A stretch of 64,000 nucleotides of DNA from the human T2T-CHM13v2.0 reference genome, Homo sapiens. Shown here in pieces: positions 45,405 through 58,188 of this stretch; the first letter of the stretch is position 1; each line of letters opens with the position of its first letter. Under the pieces are notes generated by a model. That model ran no database searches. It was not told where the DNA came from and worked only from the letters and a program-made list of their open reading frames with translations. Made by a program: the position numbers and the translations under genes. The stretch lies in assembly GCF_009914755.1 (NCBI RefSeq), contig NC_060933.1; one strand, written 5' to 3'.

Positions 45405-46021
45405 TTCATTTGACCCAGCCATCCCATTACTGGGTATATACCAAAAGGACTATAAATCATGCTGCTATAAAGACACATGCACACGTATGTTTATTGTGGC
45501 ATTATTCACAATACCAAAGACTTGGAAACAACCCAAATGTCCAACAATGATAGACTGGATTAAGAAAATGTGGCACATATACACCATGGAATACTATGCA
45601 GCCATAAAAAATGATGAGTTCACGTCCTTTGTAGGGACATGGATGAAATTGGAAATCATCATTCTCAGTAAACTATCGCAAGAACAAAAAACCAAACACC
45701 GCATATTCTCACTCATAGGTGGGAACTGAACAATGAGAACACATGGAGACAGGAAGGGAAACATCACACTCTGGGGACTATTTTGGGGTGGGGGGAGGGG
45801 GGAGGGATAGCATTGGGAGATATACCTAATGCTAGATGAAGAGTTAGTGGGTGCAGCGCACCAGCATTTCACATGTATAAATATGTAACTAACCTGCACA
45901 TTGTGCACATGTACCCTAAAACTTAAAGTATAATAATAATAAATTAAAAAAAATAAAAAATAAAAAAATAATAAAATAAAATATTTACCTGTAAAAATAA
46001 ATAAAATAAAATTAAATTTTA
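45405..46021 (+). mobile_element. Young 5'-truncated L1 (L1PA2-like)
   Basis: 'gcattgggagatatacctaatgctagatga.gagttagtgggtgcagcgcacc'; perfect 16-bp TSD aaaaatgagaggatgt at 45389-45404 and 46022-46037. Confidence 0.95.
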
Positions 46022-46164
46022 AAAAATGAGAGGATGTAAGCATACCATTTCTCTTCTTGACAACCATAAGAGTGGAATTGCTGATTGGTTTGTGTAGAGA
46101 ACAGAGAAAGTGATTGGAAGGGAAGGGAGGTGATTTATGAGACGTGTTATTATTATTTTCTTGG

Positions 46165-46260
46165 TATTTTTAAAACAACTTAATTTACAAATAGTAGTTG
46201 TGTCTATTTATGGGATACAAGGTGCTGTTTTGATATATGTAAATATTGTAGAAAGATGAT
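46165..46260 (-). mobile_element. L1MA 3' terminal fragment
   Basis: 'tatttatgggatacaaggtgctgttttgatatatgta'. Confidence 0.55.
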
Positions 46261-47628
46261 TGTTTTAGTGACAGGATTCTATCTACCTCACACTCTGATT
46301 ATATTTCTGAGAGTTGTCCATCCCTTCCTCCCAGCTCTTGGTCTTAGTTTATATAGAGAAAAATAAGAAGGAAAAAATAGGAGGAAAGGAATGACCAAGG
46401 CTATTTATATTTAATGTGATCACAAGTGTCATTTGGGTGGCCTTAGCTTCCATTTCTTCATATATAAGATTAAAAAATATAAAAATAATAATAATAGTGA
46501 TATATGCCTACTTAGATTTTATAAGAATTCAATAAATAATTAATGTAAAATGTATTTGTAATTTGTAGGTGCTGTTTAAGCATCAGGTTTTAAGTTATTA
46601 AATGTGTTAACATGGAATTTTGCACATTACACACTTTTCTAAGGCAGATCATTTTCTTCTCAAGATATGTAATATTCTATTTCTAAGCAATATCGTTTTT
46701 ATATATTTCTATCATTAATTATGCTGAAAAATACGAAAGTAAATTTTCTTCAATAGATAGGCAATATTTTTTTAAAATCCAGTGTGAATTATCTCAGACA
46801 TCATATATGAATTGTGCCATAAGTTGTGCAAAATTGATTCTTCCAAACAACAATTATTTCTAGTAACCTTTTAAATTTTTTTATCATGCTATCATTAGTG
46901 AGAGGTCCTTAGTCCCTAACTGTTCCAATTCACTAAATTGCTTTAAGCTAGAATACAAAGCCAGTGCCAAAATTTGAGCTATTTCCTTTGTCAAGACTGA
47001 ATTTGTCTTTAGTTTGATTGTAATTCTCAGAGAAAGAATATTAGCTAAAGCAGATTCAATTAAAAGAGAGTTTAAATATTGATTAAAGCAGTGATTCCTG
47101 TTCTTACATAAGCCATTCTAATTTTATGTAACGTATTACACAGAGTCAAAATGATATTTAAATAGAACAATTTCAGAAAATTGTGAAGATGTAATTATTC
47201 ATTACTCAGATGTCCACTATTACTTCACTAGTTGTTTCCTTGTAATATGCTAAAAAATATAAAAGTGTATTTTGAAATACTGTGATAAATACCATACAGA
47301 TGGTTATTGTAGTACTATATCATTTGCTTTTAAAATTATCTTGTAGGTGTTATGCAGTTATTTTTCTACTATAATGGGTTAAGAGGAAAAAACAGAGAAA
47401 AACTTAACTTTAAATAATGCAAAAAGTTAAAATGATACACAAATGATGTCACAATATAATATCTATACAAAAATCACAGTTGTTCAAATTGAGAAAATTA
47501 TTGAACATTACATAAAACGTGTAAAGGAATGCTAAACTTATCAAAGACCAGACAGAAAATAATCTAAAACAAAACAAAAAACAAAAAATCACCTGTGTTC
47601 AAAATAGCATCACAAATATAGTATAGAA

Positions 47629-47946
47629 CAATGGTTTGCAAAGTGTGACTTGTCTACCTAGTCTGGCTCACTGCTTATTTTCTCATCAACCATGAGTTAA
47701 GAATTTTTTAATATTTAAAAATTATGATATTTTATGACTCATGAGAATTATATTAAATGAAATTTGAATTCCAGTGTTTATAAATACACTTTATTAGAAC
47801 ACAGCTAGGCTTATTCATTTATGTAATATTTATGGCTATTTTAATGATAAAATGGTAGAGTTAAGTTGATGCCACAGAGACTTTATAAACTGCAGTATGT
47901 AAACTATTTACTGTCTGGCCTTCTATGAAAAAATTGCTGACTCCTG
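47629..47946 (+). mobile_element. MER58B (hAT-Charlie) non-autonomous DNA transposon
   Basis: 'ttattagaacacagc…gccacagagac…tatttactgtctggcc…tgctgactcctg'. Confidence 0.8.
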
Positions 47947-47959
47947 GTGCAAAAGATAC

Positions 47960-48075
47960 GTACATGAGGTTTAGAGTTAGAATGTCTCCATTTAAATTCT
48001 CATAAGCAGTTTGCCATTGGACAAATCACTAAACAAGTCTGTACCTGTTTATATTTTCTGAAGATGAGGAAAAAC
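47960..48075 (+). mobile_element. MIR fragment
   Basis: 'ttggacaaatcactaaac..tctgtacctgttt…ctgaagatgagg'. Confidence 0.5.
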
Positions 48076-48767
48076 ACACAACACTGGGTAGAAAAAAATA
48101 TATATTGTTTTTGTTGTCACCATTGTCATTGTTGCTGTTGTTCAAATTTGGGACTCTATAACCTATCTCAGCCAGACTCTATCTGGATTATATTTTATTG
48201 CATTGTGAAATAAATTTTAGTATAAAAGAAAAGGGAGAGTAAAGGATAATAATTCCCCTTTATTCTTTATCAATATCAATGCCACATGGTACCCAAGTAT
48301 CATACACATGCATCTTATCTCACTGTCAGAGATAGAATCTTTAATGGCATATACAGTTTGGGCCCTAGTATGTTCTGGTATATACAGTTTGGCTCAGCCC
48401 TTTAGGGGATGGATGGGAGAGGGGAGACACAGAAAAGTTTCATCAGTATCTTATAATCAAATTGTACCTTATACATACATACAATTGTTATTTGCCAATT
48501 AAAAATAAAATAAAACTTAAAAATATCTGTCTAGGACCATCTTGGAGCATCTTCCTTCATGGATGGTCAGATGGAGCTGACCCATTTTGTTACTTTGTTC
48601 AGGACAAAAATGTGGGTCTTTGATGGCATTCAATCACAATTTTCTTTTGTCTAATTTGGAACACAAAGGTGGAAGTTTCTTCCTATACCTCTCCTTATTT
48701 GTATTCAGATATATTTTTATGAAATGCACACACATGTACACACATTATGTTAAAACATATAGGCTTT

Positions 48768-49050
48768 AATCAGAGGATACAAAGTAGCAGATATGCAGAA
48801 ATAATAAGTTTAGAGATCTAATGTACAACGTGAGGACCATAGCTAATAAAATTGTACTATACTTGGAATTCATGCTACACAAGTAGATTTTGGCTGCTCT
48901 TGCCGCAAAAACAAAAAACATGGATAAATATTTGAAATGATGGTTATGTTCACATGCTTCAATACAGTAATCTTTTCACTATTTATCTGTATCCTATAAC
49001 ATCATGTAGTATGTCTTAAATATACACAATCAAAATTTTTTTTAAAAAAG
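48768..49050 (+). mobile_element. L1MA-type 3' end
   Basis: 'ggatacaaagtagcagatatg…gagatctaatgtacaac…gtagattttggctgctcttgcc'. Confidence 0.8.
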
Positions 49051-49058
49051 AGTGTACA

Positions 49059-49400
<342 letters not shown>

Positions 49401-49546
49401 TCATGCTTCCAAGTAGGGACTTTATCCTTTGATATACCATAATAATAATATTAAATTGAATTTCATAAATTGAAATTTATTGGGTTTTACATTCGGTCAA
49501 CATGTAATTTATAAAATTTACTTCAGTTGTTCAATTGTTTAAGAGC

Positions 49547-49947
49547 TGGCATGGGCTGAAATGTGTACCCAAAAATTTATATGTTGAAGACCTAGCCCCC
49601 AGTATCTTAGACAGAACTGTTTCTCTGTATTTGGACATACGTATTTAAAGAAATAAATCCGTTAAAATGAGGTCTTTAGGGTCAGCTCTAATCTCATATA
49701 CCCAGTGTCTTATAAGAAGAAGAGATTATGACACAGACAACAGATGCAGAGGAAAGGCCAAGTGAAGACAAAGGGAGAAAATGACCATCTATAAACAAAG
49801 AAGAGAGGCCTCAGTATGAAACCAAACCTGCTGCCATCTTGACCTTGGACTTCTGGTCTCTGTAATTACGATGAAATAAACTTCTCTTGTTTATGTCATC
49901 CAGTCTATAGCATTTTGTTACAGCAGCACCAGCAAACTAACAATACA
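49547..49947 (+). mobile_element. MLT1B-like MaLR solo LTR
   Basis: 'atgggctgaaatgtgt.ccc…tatgttgaag…gagaggcctcag…tttgttacagcagc…aataca'. Confidence 0.85.
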
Positions 49948-51100
49948 AGAGCTATATGTACAAGGTAATTATAACTAGTCTTATTTTTGTACTTAAGAAC
50001 ATTATAATAAAAAGGATTAAATTTTTTGATGGCCCACAGCAATTATATATTGAATATATTTCTCAAAACAGACACTTTTTTTAGAGATTTGAAATACCTG
50101 GCATATGAGCTTCTATTTCCTTAACCATGCCAGTTTTTCCAGCTAGGCCCAAATATAATTTTTAAATTCTTCTTAAAACCACCAATTGATCTGAGTTGAC
50201 ACAAGTCATAAAAACCTTTTTTATAGAATTTATGGATAAAAGGATGTGGTATCTTGAACTATTCAAAATTTAAATTGCTGAATAATGGGTACCTGGTATT
50301 CCTTAATATATTTTTATTTCTATATGTTCTATATGTCAATAACAATTTTCAAGTAAAAATATTAAATATTTTCTTTAAAATATTAATTATTCAAAATTTG
50401 CACTAAAAGGATTAATTGAATCAATTTATTTAGCTTTAACTTTCTTTTATTATTTGTTATATAATTATCTTTTTTGTATTTATTGTTTAACCTTTCTGTG
50501 GGCTAAGTTATGACATATATATAATTATCAAGAACTGTGAAAGTTGTATATTTTTACTCCACTTGCGAGCTGAGAAGTTAGTCTCTCACTGTCTTAAGAA
50601 TACTCACAAGAGACCTGAGATTCCTGATAAAGTATACTTTATCACTCATAACATTAATAATAACCAGTTCTTCGAAGTCCTAGTTCTACAGGGTGCTGAG
50701 ACCAGATCCAGATGATGTTAACACACTCAGTGGGATGCATAACAGAAGAAAAATCCAGAGCCTAGAAAACCCAAATCTTGTAAAATGTACAATGAGCATC
50801 CCTGCCCTTGCTGCAGAAAGAGACATTATCTTTATGATACTTCACAAAAAGCATCTCTGATGCTTTGTTTCAGAGGAAAGCACTACGACTGGCTGTTTGC
50901 TTTACAAATATCCTTGAAAAGATTGTCTGGAACAGATGCCAGCCCGTGTCTCTGCTTATAAGACATGCAATAATGTCTACCCCTCTTTTTTATACCATCT
51001 TGACTTCAGGCAAGTTTTCCCATTAGTATACCATCCCTTTGGCCACTTTAATTAAATTGAGTGACAGAGGCAGGGGCAAAATGTATTCACATTGTCTCAT

Positions 51101-51540
51101 TCAACACTTGATTAGGACTACTGCCAACAGTTATCCAAGCAACCAGATGGGGCCAACCTGCAGTAATGACCTCAAGCTTACCCCTTCTGATCCCCCATTC
51201 CCACTCCTGAACCTACCCAGCTGAACAAATCCTCCACCACCATAAACAGTTAGGATATACTATAGAAACCAAACAGCTTCTCGTTACGACTCTGTTCTTA
51301 ACTTTTCCTTTTGTCTTGAGACACTATTCTTGGCATAGCAAGACACCTTAGCAATTGCACAGCCTCGGTTGACCCAAAAAGATATCTCTTTTCCAGAACA
51401 TGTCTGGCTAGTGAGAAATTCTATTTTTCCAGACCACACCTGGCCAGTGAGTTGAGGTTAGCTTGAATGCCTCCTAGGGCCAAGATAATGCCAAATATTT
51501 CAGCTAAAATAAGAGATAAATTTAATATCACCTTTCCTAA
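51101..51540 (-). pseudogene. Retroviral env TM remnant (gamma-type)
   Basis: Manual translation: LGKVILNLSLILAE…ALGGIQANLNSLAR; CAIAKVSCY (a degenerate CX6CC); DLFSWVG…LRSLLQVGPIWLLG*LLAVVLIKC. Confidence 0.75.
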
Positions 51541-51551
51541 CTAAATGCCAT

Positions 51552-51616
51552 TTATTATTTGTAGTTTTTGTTGTAGAGGCCTTTCACCTCCTTGGTTAGG
51601 TATATTCCTAAGTATG

Positions 51617-51653
<37 letters not shown>

Positions 51654-52712
51654 TGCAGCTATTGTGAAAGGAGTTTTTTATTTGATTCTCAGCTTGCCCA
51701 CTGTTGGTGTATAGCAGAGCTACTGATTTGTGTACATTAATTTTGTATCCTGAAACTTTGCTGAATTCATTGATCAGTTCTAGGAGCTTTTTGGAAGAGC
51801 CTTTAGGGTTTTCTAGGGATATGATCATATCATCAAAAAACAGCGACAGTTTGACTTCCTCTTTACCAATTTGGATGTCCTTTATTTCTTTCTCTTGTCT
51901 GATTGCTCTGGTTAGGACTTCCAGTACTACGTGGAATAGAAGTGGTGAGAGTGGGCATCCTTGTCTTGTTCCAGTTCTCACAGGGAATGCTTTTCACTTT
52001 TCCCCATTCAGTATTATGTTGGCTGTGGGTTTGTCATAGATGGCTTTTATTACATTAAGGTATGTCCCTTGTATGCAATTTTGCTTAGGTTTTTAATCAT
52101 AAATCGATGCTGGCTTTTGCCAAATGCTTTGTCTGCCTCTATTCAGATGATCTTGTGATTTTTGTTTTAATTCTGTTTATGTGTTACATTTATTAACTCA
52201 CATATGTTAAACCATCCCTGCATCCTTGGAATGAAACACACTTGCTCATGGTGATTATCTTTTTGATATGATGTTGGATACAGTTAGCTACTATTTTGTT
52301 AAGGGTTTTTGCATCTATGTTCATCAGGGATATTGGTCTGTAGTTTTCTTTTTTGGTTATGTCTTTTCCTGGTTTTGGTATTAGGATGATACTGGCTTCA
52401 TAGAATGATTTAGGGAGGATTCCCTCTTTCTCTATGTTGTGGAATAGTGTCAATAGGATTGGTACCAATTCTTCTTTGAAAGTCTGATAGAATTCAGTGG
52501 TGAATCCCTCTTGTCCTGAACTTTTTTTGGTTCATAATTTTTTTTATTGCCATTTCAATCCTGCTTCTTGTTATTGGTCTGTTCAGGGAAAAGGAATCAT
52601 TATACAAAAAAGATACTTGCACAAACATGTTTATAGCAGCACAATTCACAATTGCAAAAATATGGAACCAGCCCAAATGCCCATCAATCAATGAGTGGTT
52701 AAAGAAATTGTG

Positions 52713-52743
<31 letters not shown>

Positions 52744-53104
52744 ATGGAATACTGCTCAGCCATAAAATGGAGCAAAATCATGTCATTCACTGCAGCCTGT
52801 ATGAAACTGGAGACTATTATTCTAAGAGAAGTAACTCAGGAATAGAAAACCAAACATCGTATATTCTCACTTACAAGTGGGAGCTAAGCTATGAGAATGC
52901 AAAGGCATAAGAATGACACAATAGACTTTGGGAACTTGGGGGAAAGGTTTGGAGAAGGGTGAGAGATAAAAGCGTACAAATTGGGTCCAGTGTATACCAC
53001 TCCGGTGATGGGTTCACCAAAATCTCACAAATAACCACTAAAGAAGTCACTCATATAACGAAATACCACCTGTTTGCCAAAAACCTGTGGAAATAAACAT
53101 TTTT
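51552..53104 (+). mobile_element. L1PB1-like element with 5' inversion, inserted in env
   Basis: Antisense ORF2 51555-52585, sense 3' end 52585-53104, TSD taaatg(c/t)cat at 51542-51551 and 53105-53114. Confidence 0.9.
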
Positions 53105-53114
53105 TAAATGTCAT

Positions 53115-53850
53115 ATATTATAAAGATAGCTGCCCACACTGTGCACATAAATAAGCCAGTTATTCCTACAGAAATCTCCAGGCACTCCTTCATTGTGGAG
53201 AGCCTTTCCAGTCATTTGAGGGCTACATGATCTACTACTGGTGTTTCCTTCATTGTTTGAAGTTCTCTTATGACTATGCTTGATATATAAGTCACCATAT
53301 TTTAAGAAGAAAAGAAAATTAATGCTTGGTTCTACACAAAAAGTACAGTTCAGGATACACATGGTACCTCTGAAAAAAAAAGTATTTACAATTATTGAAA
53401 CACACAAGTGGGGCCTAAACAAGTTGGGCTATCACAGCTTGAGAGTCCTCCTGGACAACTGGTAGAGTTGAACTGGGTTCCCAGTTGAGCCTGAATATTT
53501 GAGAGTAGTCCTTGTTTTGGAGGGATTGCTGAGAGCAGTCAATCCAATCTGTCCTGTTTTTATTCACCACTTGTTGGGTGTTATTTGCTTTTCCCACTAA
53601 AATAGTGCTAAAGGTGTTGACAAGTTTTTGTAGTAGAAGATGTAGGAGCTAGAGCCATCTTTGGCAGTTACATAAAGACTTCTTTGTATGGTTAAGGGGA
53701 ATGGCCATTAAATCATAGTCAGAATTAGAATTGTCTTGTGAAGAATGGCAGACCCAGCAAACAGTTAAAGAGTTTGCAATTGTTTTAGAGTGCCCCACTG
53801 GGGTGTATTTCTTCATGATGAAATCTCCCAAGGCTCTTCTAAATAATAAA
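53115..53850 (-). pseudogene. Retroviral env SU remnant
   Basis: ORF 53649-53831 reads 'SKTIANSLTVCWVCH…LMAIPLN'; CWVC at 53748-53759. Confidence 0.65.
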
Positions 53851-54292
53851 GATAATTAATATCACTGTTTCCCTGTATCTTCCAGAATCCGAGCCTTCCT
53901 CTCCCCCAAGCTCCAGGAATGCTACTCTTCTTTCACTTCTAAAAGTATTGATGGCTCTTATTTTATTAGTTGTACCTACTTTTTCTCCATTCATCGCTAC
54001 CTTCACCCAAACTTTTAATCCAGGGAGGTAGGTGCAAATGAGATGAAGGCATTTTTATAAGATGTACAGAGAAATATTAGATCTTACCTTGGCTCACATG
54101 AAACACTGTAGGGGAAATCAGCAAGCAGTGTACTCAACCAAGCAATCATTAAGATCTAGGACTATGTCAACCAAACAAGTAATCCAAGTGGCCGATGCAG
54201 ACTTAGGTTTTAATTTCTGAGCGCTTCTTTTTGGCTGCGCTATTACCTGGAGAGTGTTCCAACTAGACCTACATCAGATTGCTACTGAGGTT

Positions 54293-54579
54293 CATTCTCA
54301 GCAGACTATCTCAAGGACAAAAAACTAAACACTGCATGTTCTCACTCATAGGTGGGAATTGAACAGTGAGAACACTTGGACACAGGAAGGGGAATATCAC
54401 ACACCAGGGATTGTTGTGGGGTAGGGGGAGGGGGAAGGGATAGCATTAGGAGATATACCTAATGTAAATGATGAGTTAATGGGTGCGGCACACCAACATA
54501 ACACATGTATACGTATGTAACAAACCTGCACGTTGTGCACATGTACCTTAGGACTTAAAGTATAATAATTTAAAAAAAG
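54293..54579 (+). mobile_element. Short L1PA (L1PA4/5-like) 3' end
   Basis: 3'UTR and A tail; no TSD recognised. Confidence 0.92.
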
Positions 54580-55035
54580 CGTCATGTCCAGGCATGGTCA
54601 GAGAAGAATTATGAATTTTTAAAGTGAGTCTACAGAAAAACTATCCTTTTTACCTTGATCATTACCCAAGAAGTAGACTCAAGGCGATTATACTTTCCTG
54701 GGGTCAGCCATTCTCAATGGCCAAACTGCCTTACTAACATGTATAAACTACAAAGAGGCGAGTGAGCTGGAGTTGTTAATTTTTACAGGAAATCTTTGGG
54801 GTAGCAATTCCAATGCTAAACAATATCAGATGCATGTGAATGATAAGGAATAGTAAAGGTCTATTGAATAGCTTGACTATTAATCTATTGTTCAGTGCTT
54901 TTACTCACTATTATCAGACACAAATGGTCTGAAAGGCCAAACAATCACAGATTAGTTTGAAGCACCAAGGATGTGACTGTAGTCAGCTGATCAAATTGGA
55001 GCATGCTGCATCTTATCCAGAAAAAGTGTCAACAG

Positions 55036-55604
55036 TGTTATCAAAGCAAAAATTGCAATGGACACAATTAAACAGGTAAAGATACTTTATTCAAAGTTAT
55101 TGCAACAGTGGGAAGAGACACAGAACAGTTTGAATCAGCTCCAATGAAGAAAAAGGCAAGAGAGTTTTTGAAAGCTGGAGTTGGGAGATCCTAGGCTGTT
55201 TGTGTTTGCCAATTGGTCTCACCCAAAGGAAAAATAAACTGTGTCTTTTATTCATGTTAGGAGGTAGTTTTTCACTTGGAGCAAGACGCCTGTGGAAATT
55301 AGGCTCATACCTTCTCAAAGAGACTGAGAGATAGGGATCTATTTTCTTAATGCTTATATTTCAAATGACTGGTCCCTAAGTCTTTGAGAAAGACAGTCCT
55401 GCATTGTAAAACTGGCAAGAGACATAATACCTCAAAGGGACAGAGAACTAATTATAATAAGAAGTTTCTAAAGTAAATAATCTGAGAAAAGGTTGGGGAA
55501 GGGTGTCTATTATTAAAGCATTTGGATTTAGTAAGGACCAGAATGAGAGGGATGTCAAGACAGGCAGGAAGAACCTGCTTAAAGTTTAGCTGACACCTTG
55601 GTCA
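55036..55604 (-). mobile_element. MER67-like ERV1 solo LTR
   Basis: Antisense start TGACCAAGG…GCTAAACTTTAAGCAGGTTCTTCCTG; antisense AATAAA near 55087. Confidence 0.6.
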
Positions 55605-55799
55605 AGGCCTAAGGCCTTTGAGTAGCTGCAGAATGGGTTAGAGGTCTGATGTACTTAGTCTACCAGGAAGGGCCCGAAGTTGTGCCTAGGCAATGTGCCC
55701 TCCTTCAAAGTGATATCAATGACTCAACTATTGACAAGAGTCATAAGTTTGGCAATGCAGTGGTATCCTCTGAAAAATGAGTTTTTTTTTTCTTTTGTA

Positions 55800-57200
55800 T
55801 CCAGTCTATGATGGTGAAATATGTTTCCACAACTGGTATGATGGCGTAGGCAGCAATAGTGGCAATTTGAATGGTGTGGCCTCATGAGCAACTTGATTCT
55901 GTTGCATCCAATCGGTGAATACAGCCTTACTGTGGACCCCTACATGAGTGGTATAGACAGTTCTATCAGCACCATGATTTATTTCAATCATTCATGGCCC
56001 CAAAAGAATTGCTTTATTCTGCCAGTCAGTAATTTTCCAAGTAGATCAAATAGCTAAGCCAGTACCAACAGTCCAGGAGTCAATAAAAATTAAAGAAAGG
56101 TTCATTGATGTGACTATTGGATTGTTCTATGAGAAAAACCTTGAGTTATTCCCACTGAGTAGAACAAGCATGTCCATTGTCAGTACTGAATAGCTTGCAT
56201 TAGGTTGAACTGCAGCAGTCTTGTAGACACCACTGAGTTTCATCTTAGCTGAATATCAACCAAATGATCTAGGCATTTAGAGGAACTGCTGAACTGAGAG
56301 CCTCGCTGAGCCAGTATCTTTGTTTAGTGGGTGGAATAGGAAATAAAGTTTGCCCCAGAGTGAGAGCTGATTATATATTTTTTAATATAATGACAAGGTG
56401 CTGCCAGGGCCAGGCTGACTATATTCTAATTTACCATTTCCATTTGACAATTGTATCTTGTTAGTCAGTCTAAGTTGACCTGCTGCATAGAATGTCAGGC
56501 TAGTGATTCACAAGTCTCCATGTATCAGGCATAAAGTTTCAACTAAAGCCTAGTAGCAAGCTAACAGTCACATTTTAAATGGGTTTAGCTGGTATCTGGG
56601 TCTAGTAGGAAACAAGTCCAAAACCCTAAGAGGCTCCACTGGGTGAAGACTGCCTCCCTTTCCCAGAAGCTCCAGCCAAACCATCAATCTCAGAGGCTGG
56701 TAGTTTTAAGGGGCTATTGGAGCTATTAGCACCAAAGGTACAGAGTATACTACAGCTTACTGGACAGCTTCTACTGGAGCCTATTGGTTTGTTCACCACC
56801 CAGTGGATGCTGGTTTGAATGTCAGCTGACAGAAAGGAGCAAGTAGACTGTCCAAGTGAGGGACACGATGTTTTCAATATTGCAAGAGTCCAATGAGATG
56901 CTTTACCTTGTAGTGGTTGTAGCAGAAGAGATAGCAATTTTTCCTGTACTTAAGATATATTGAGTGTAATGAATCTGACCACATGGTTCCAATAAATTAT
57001 TTTTGGCTCCTTGTTCCTGCTTTTTGTTGGGATCTATCAGCTACTCTTGCTGGCAGATGTTGGATAGCACTGTTATCATGGCTGCTGAGACTCATGATTC
57101 TGACTTACTAATCAACAGGATATTGTTGATACAGTAAAGTTGATACTGTATTGTTGATACAGTAAATGGATATTTCTATGCAGTAAAAGTTTTGAGTGTC
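55800..57200 (-). pseudogene. ERVL-type pol remnant (RT and RNase H)
   Basis: 'FIDSWTVGTGLAI*STWKITDWQ' at ~56020-56088 (compare ERVL YTDSWAVANGLAGW); 'THVGVH'; 'INNILLISKSES' at ~57095-57130 as a degenerate YIDDI motif. Confidence 0.7.
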
Positions 57201-57675
57201 TAAATGTAGAGCCACTTGCACTGAATTTTTACCTATCAACTGATGGCAATGGCAGGAGAGTTTGTTACACTAACACTTTCTCTACATTTAGCTCTTTTTG
57301 ATGAGGAGAATCTCCTCTGACACTTGTGGCATTGGGAAACAAAAACATAGAGCATGTCAATTTCTTGGATATATTCAGTTGCAGAAGAATCAACCTAAAG
57401 TGCTCCACCTTTAAGATTACGTAATTTTCCTTTATACATTGCAAACTTTACTCAAAACATATAGTTGAAATTAGGTGCTTCCTCCTCCCATGGTTTCGGA
57501 TGGTGACTAGGGTGTCTATATCCAACACAGTCATAACAATTTAAGTCCTTCCCTCTCCTGAAGTTACCCAGCATACTTGAGCAGATGTACATGGCCATTG
57601 GTCCCATCTGGGGACAGGGCAACTACTGCTCAACTCCAGTCATCTTTTTCTCCCCACAATCATTGCTTTTCTTAA

Positions 57676-58188
<513 letters not shown>

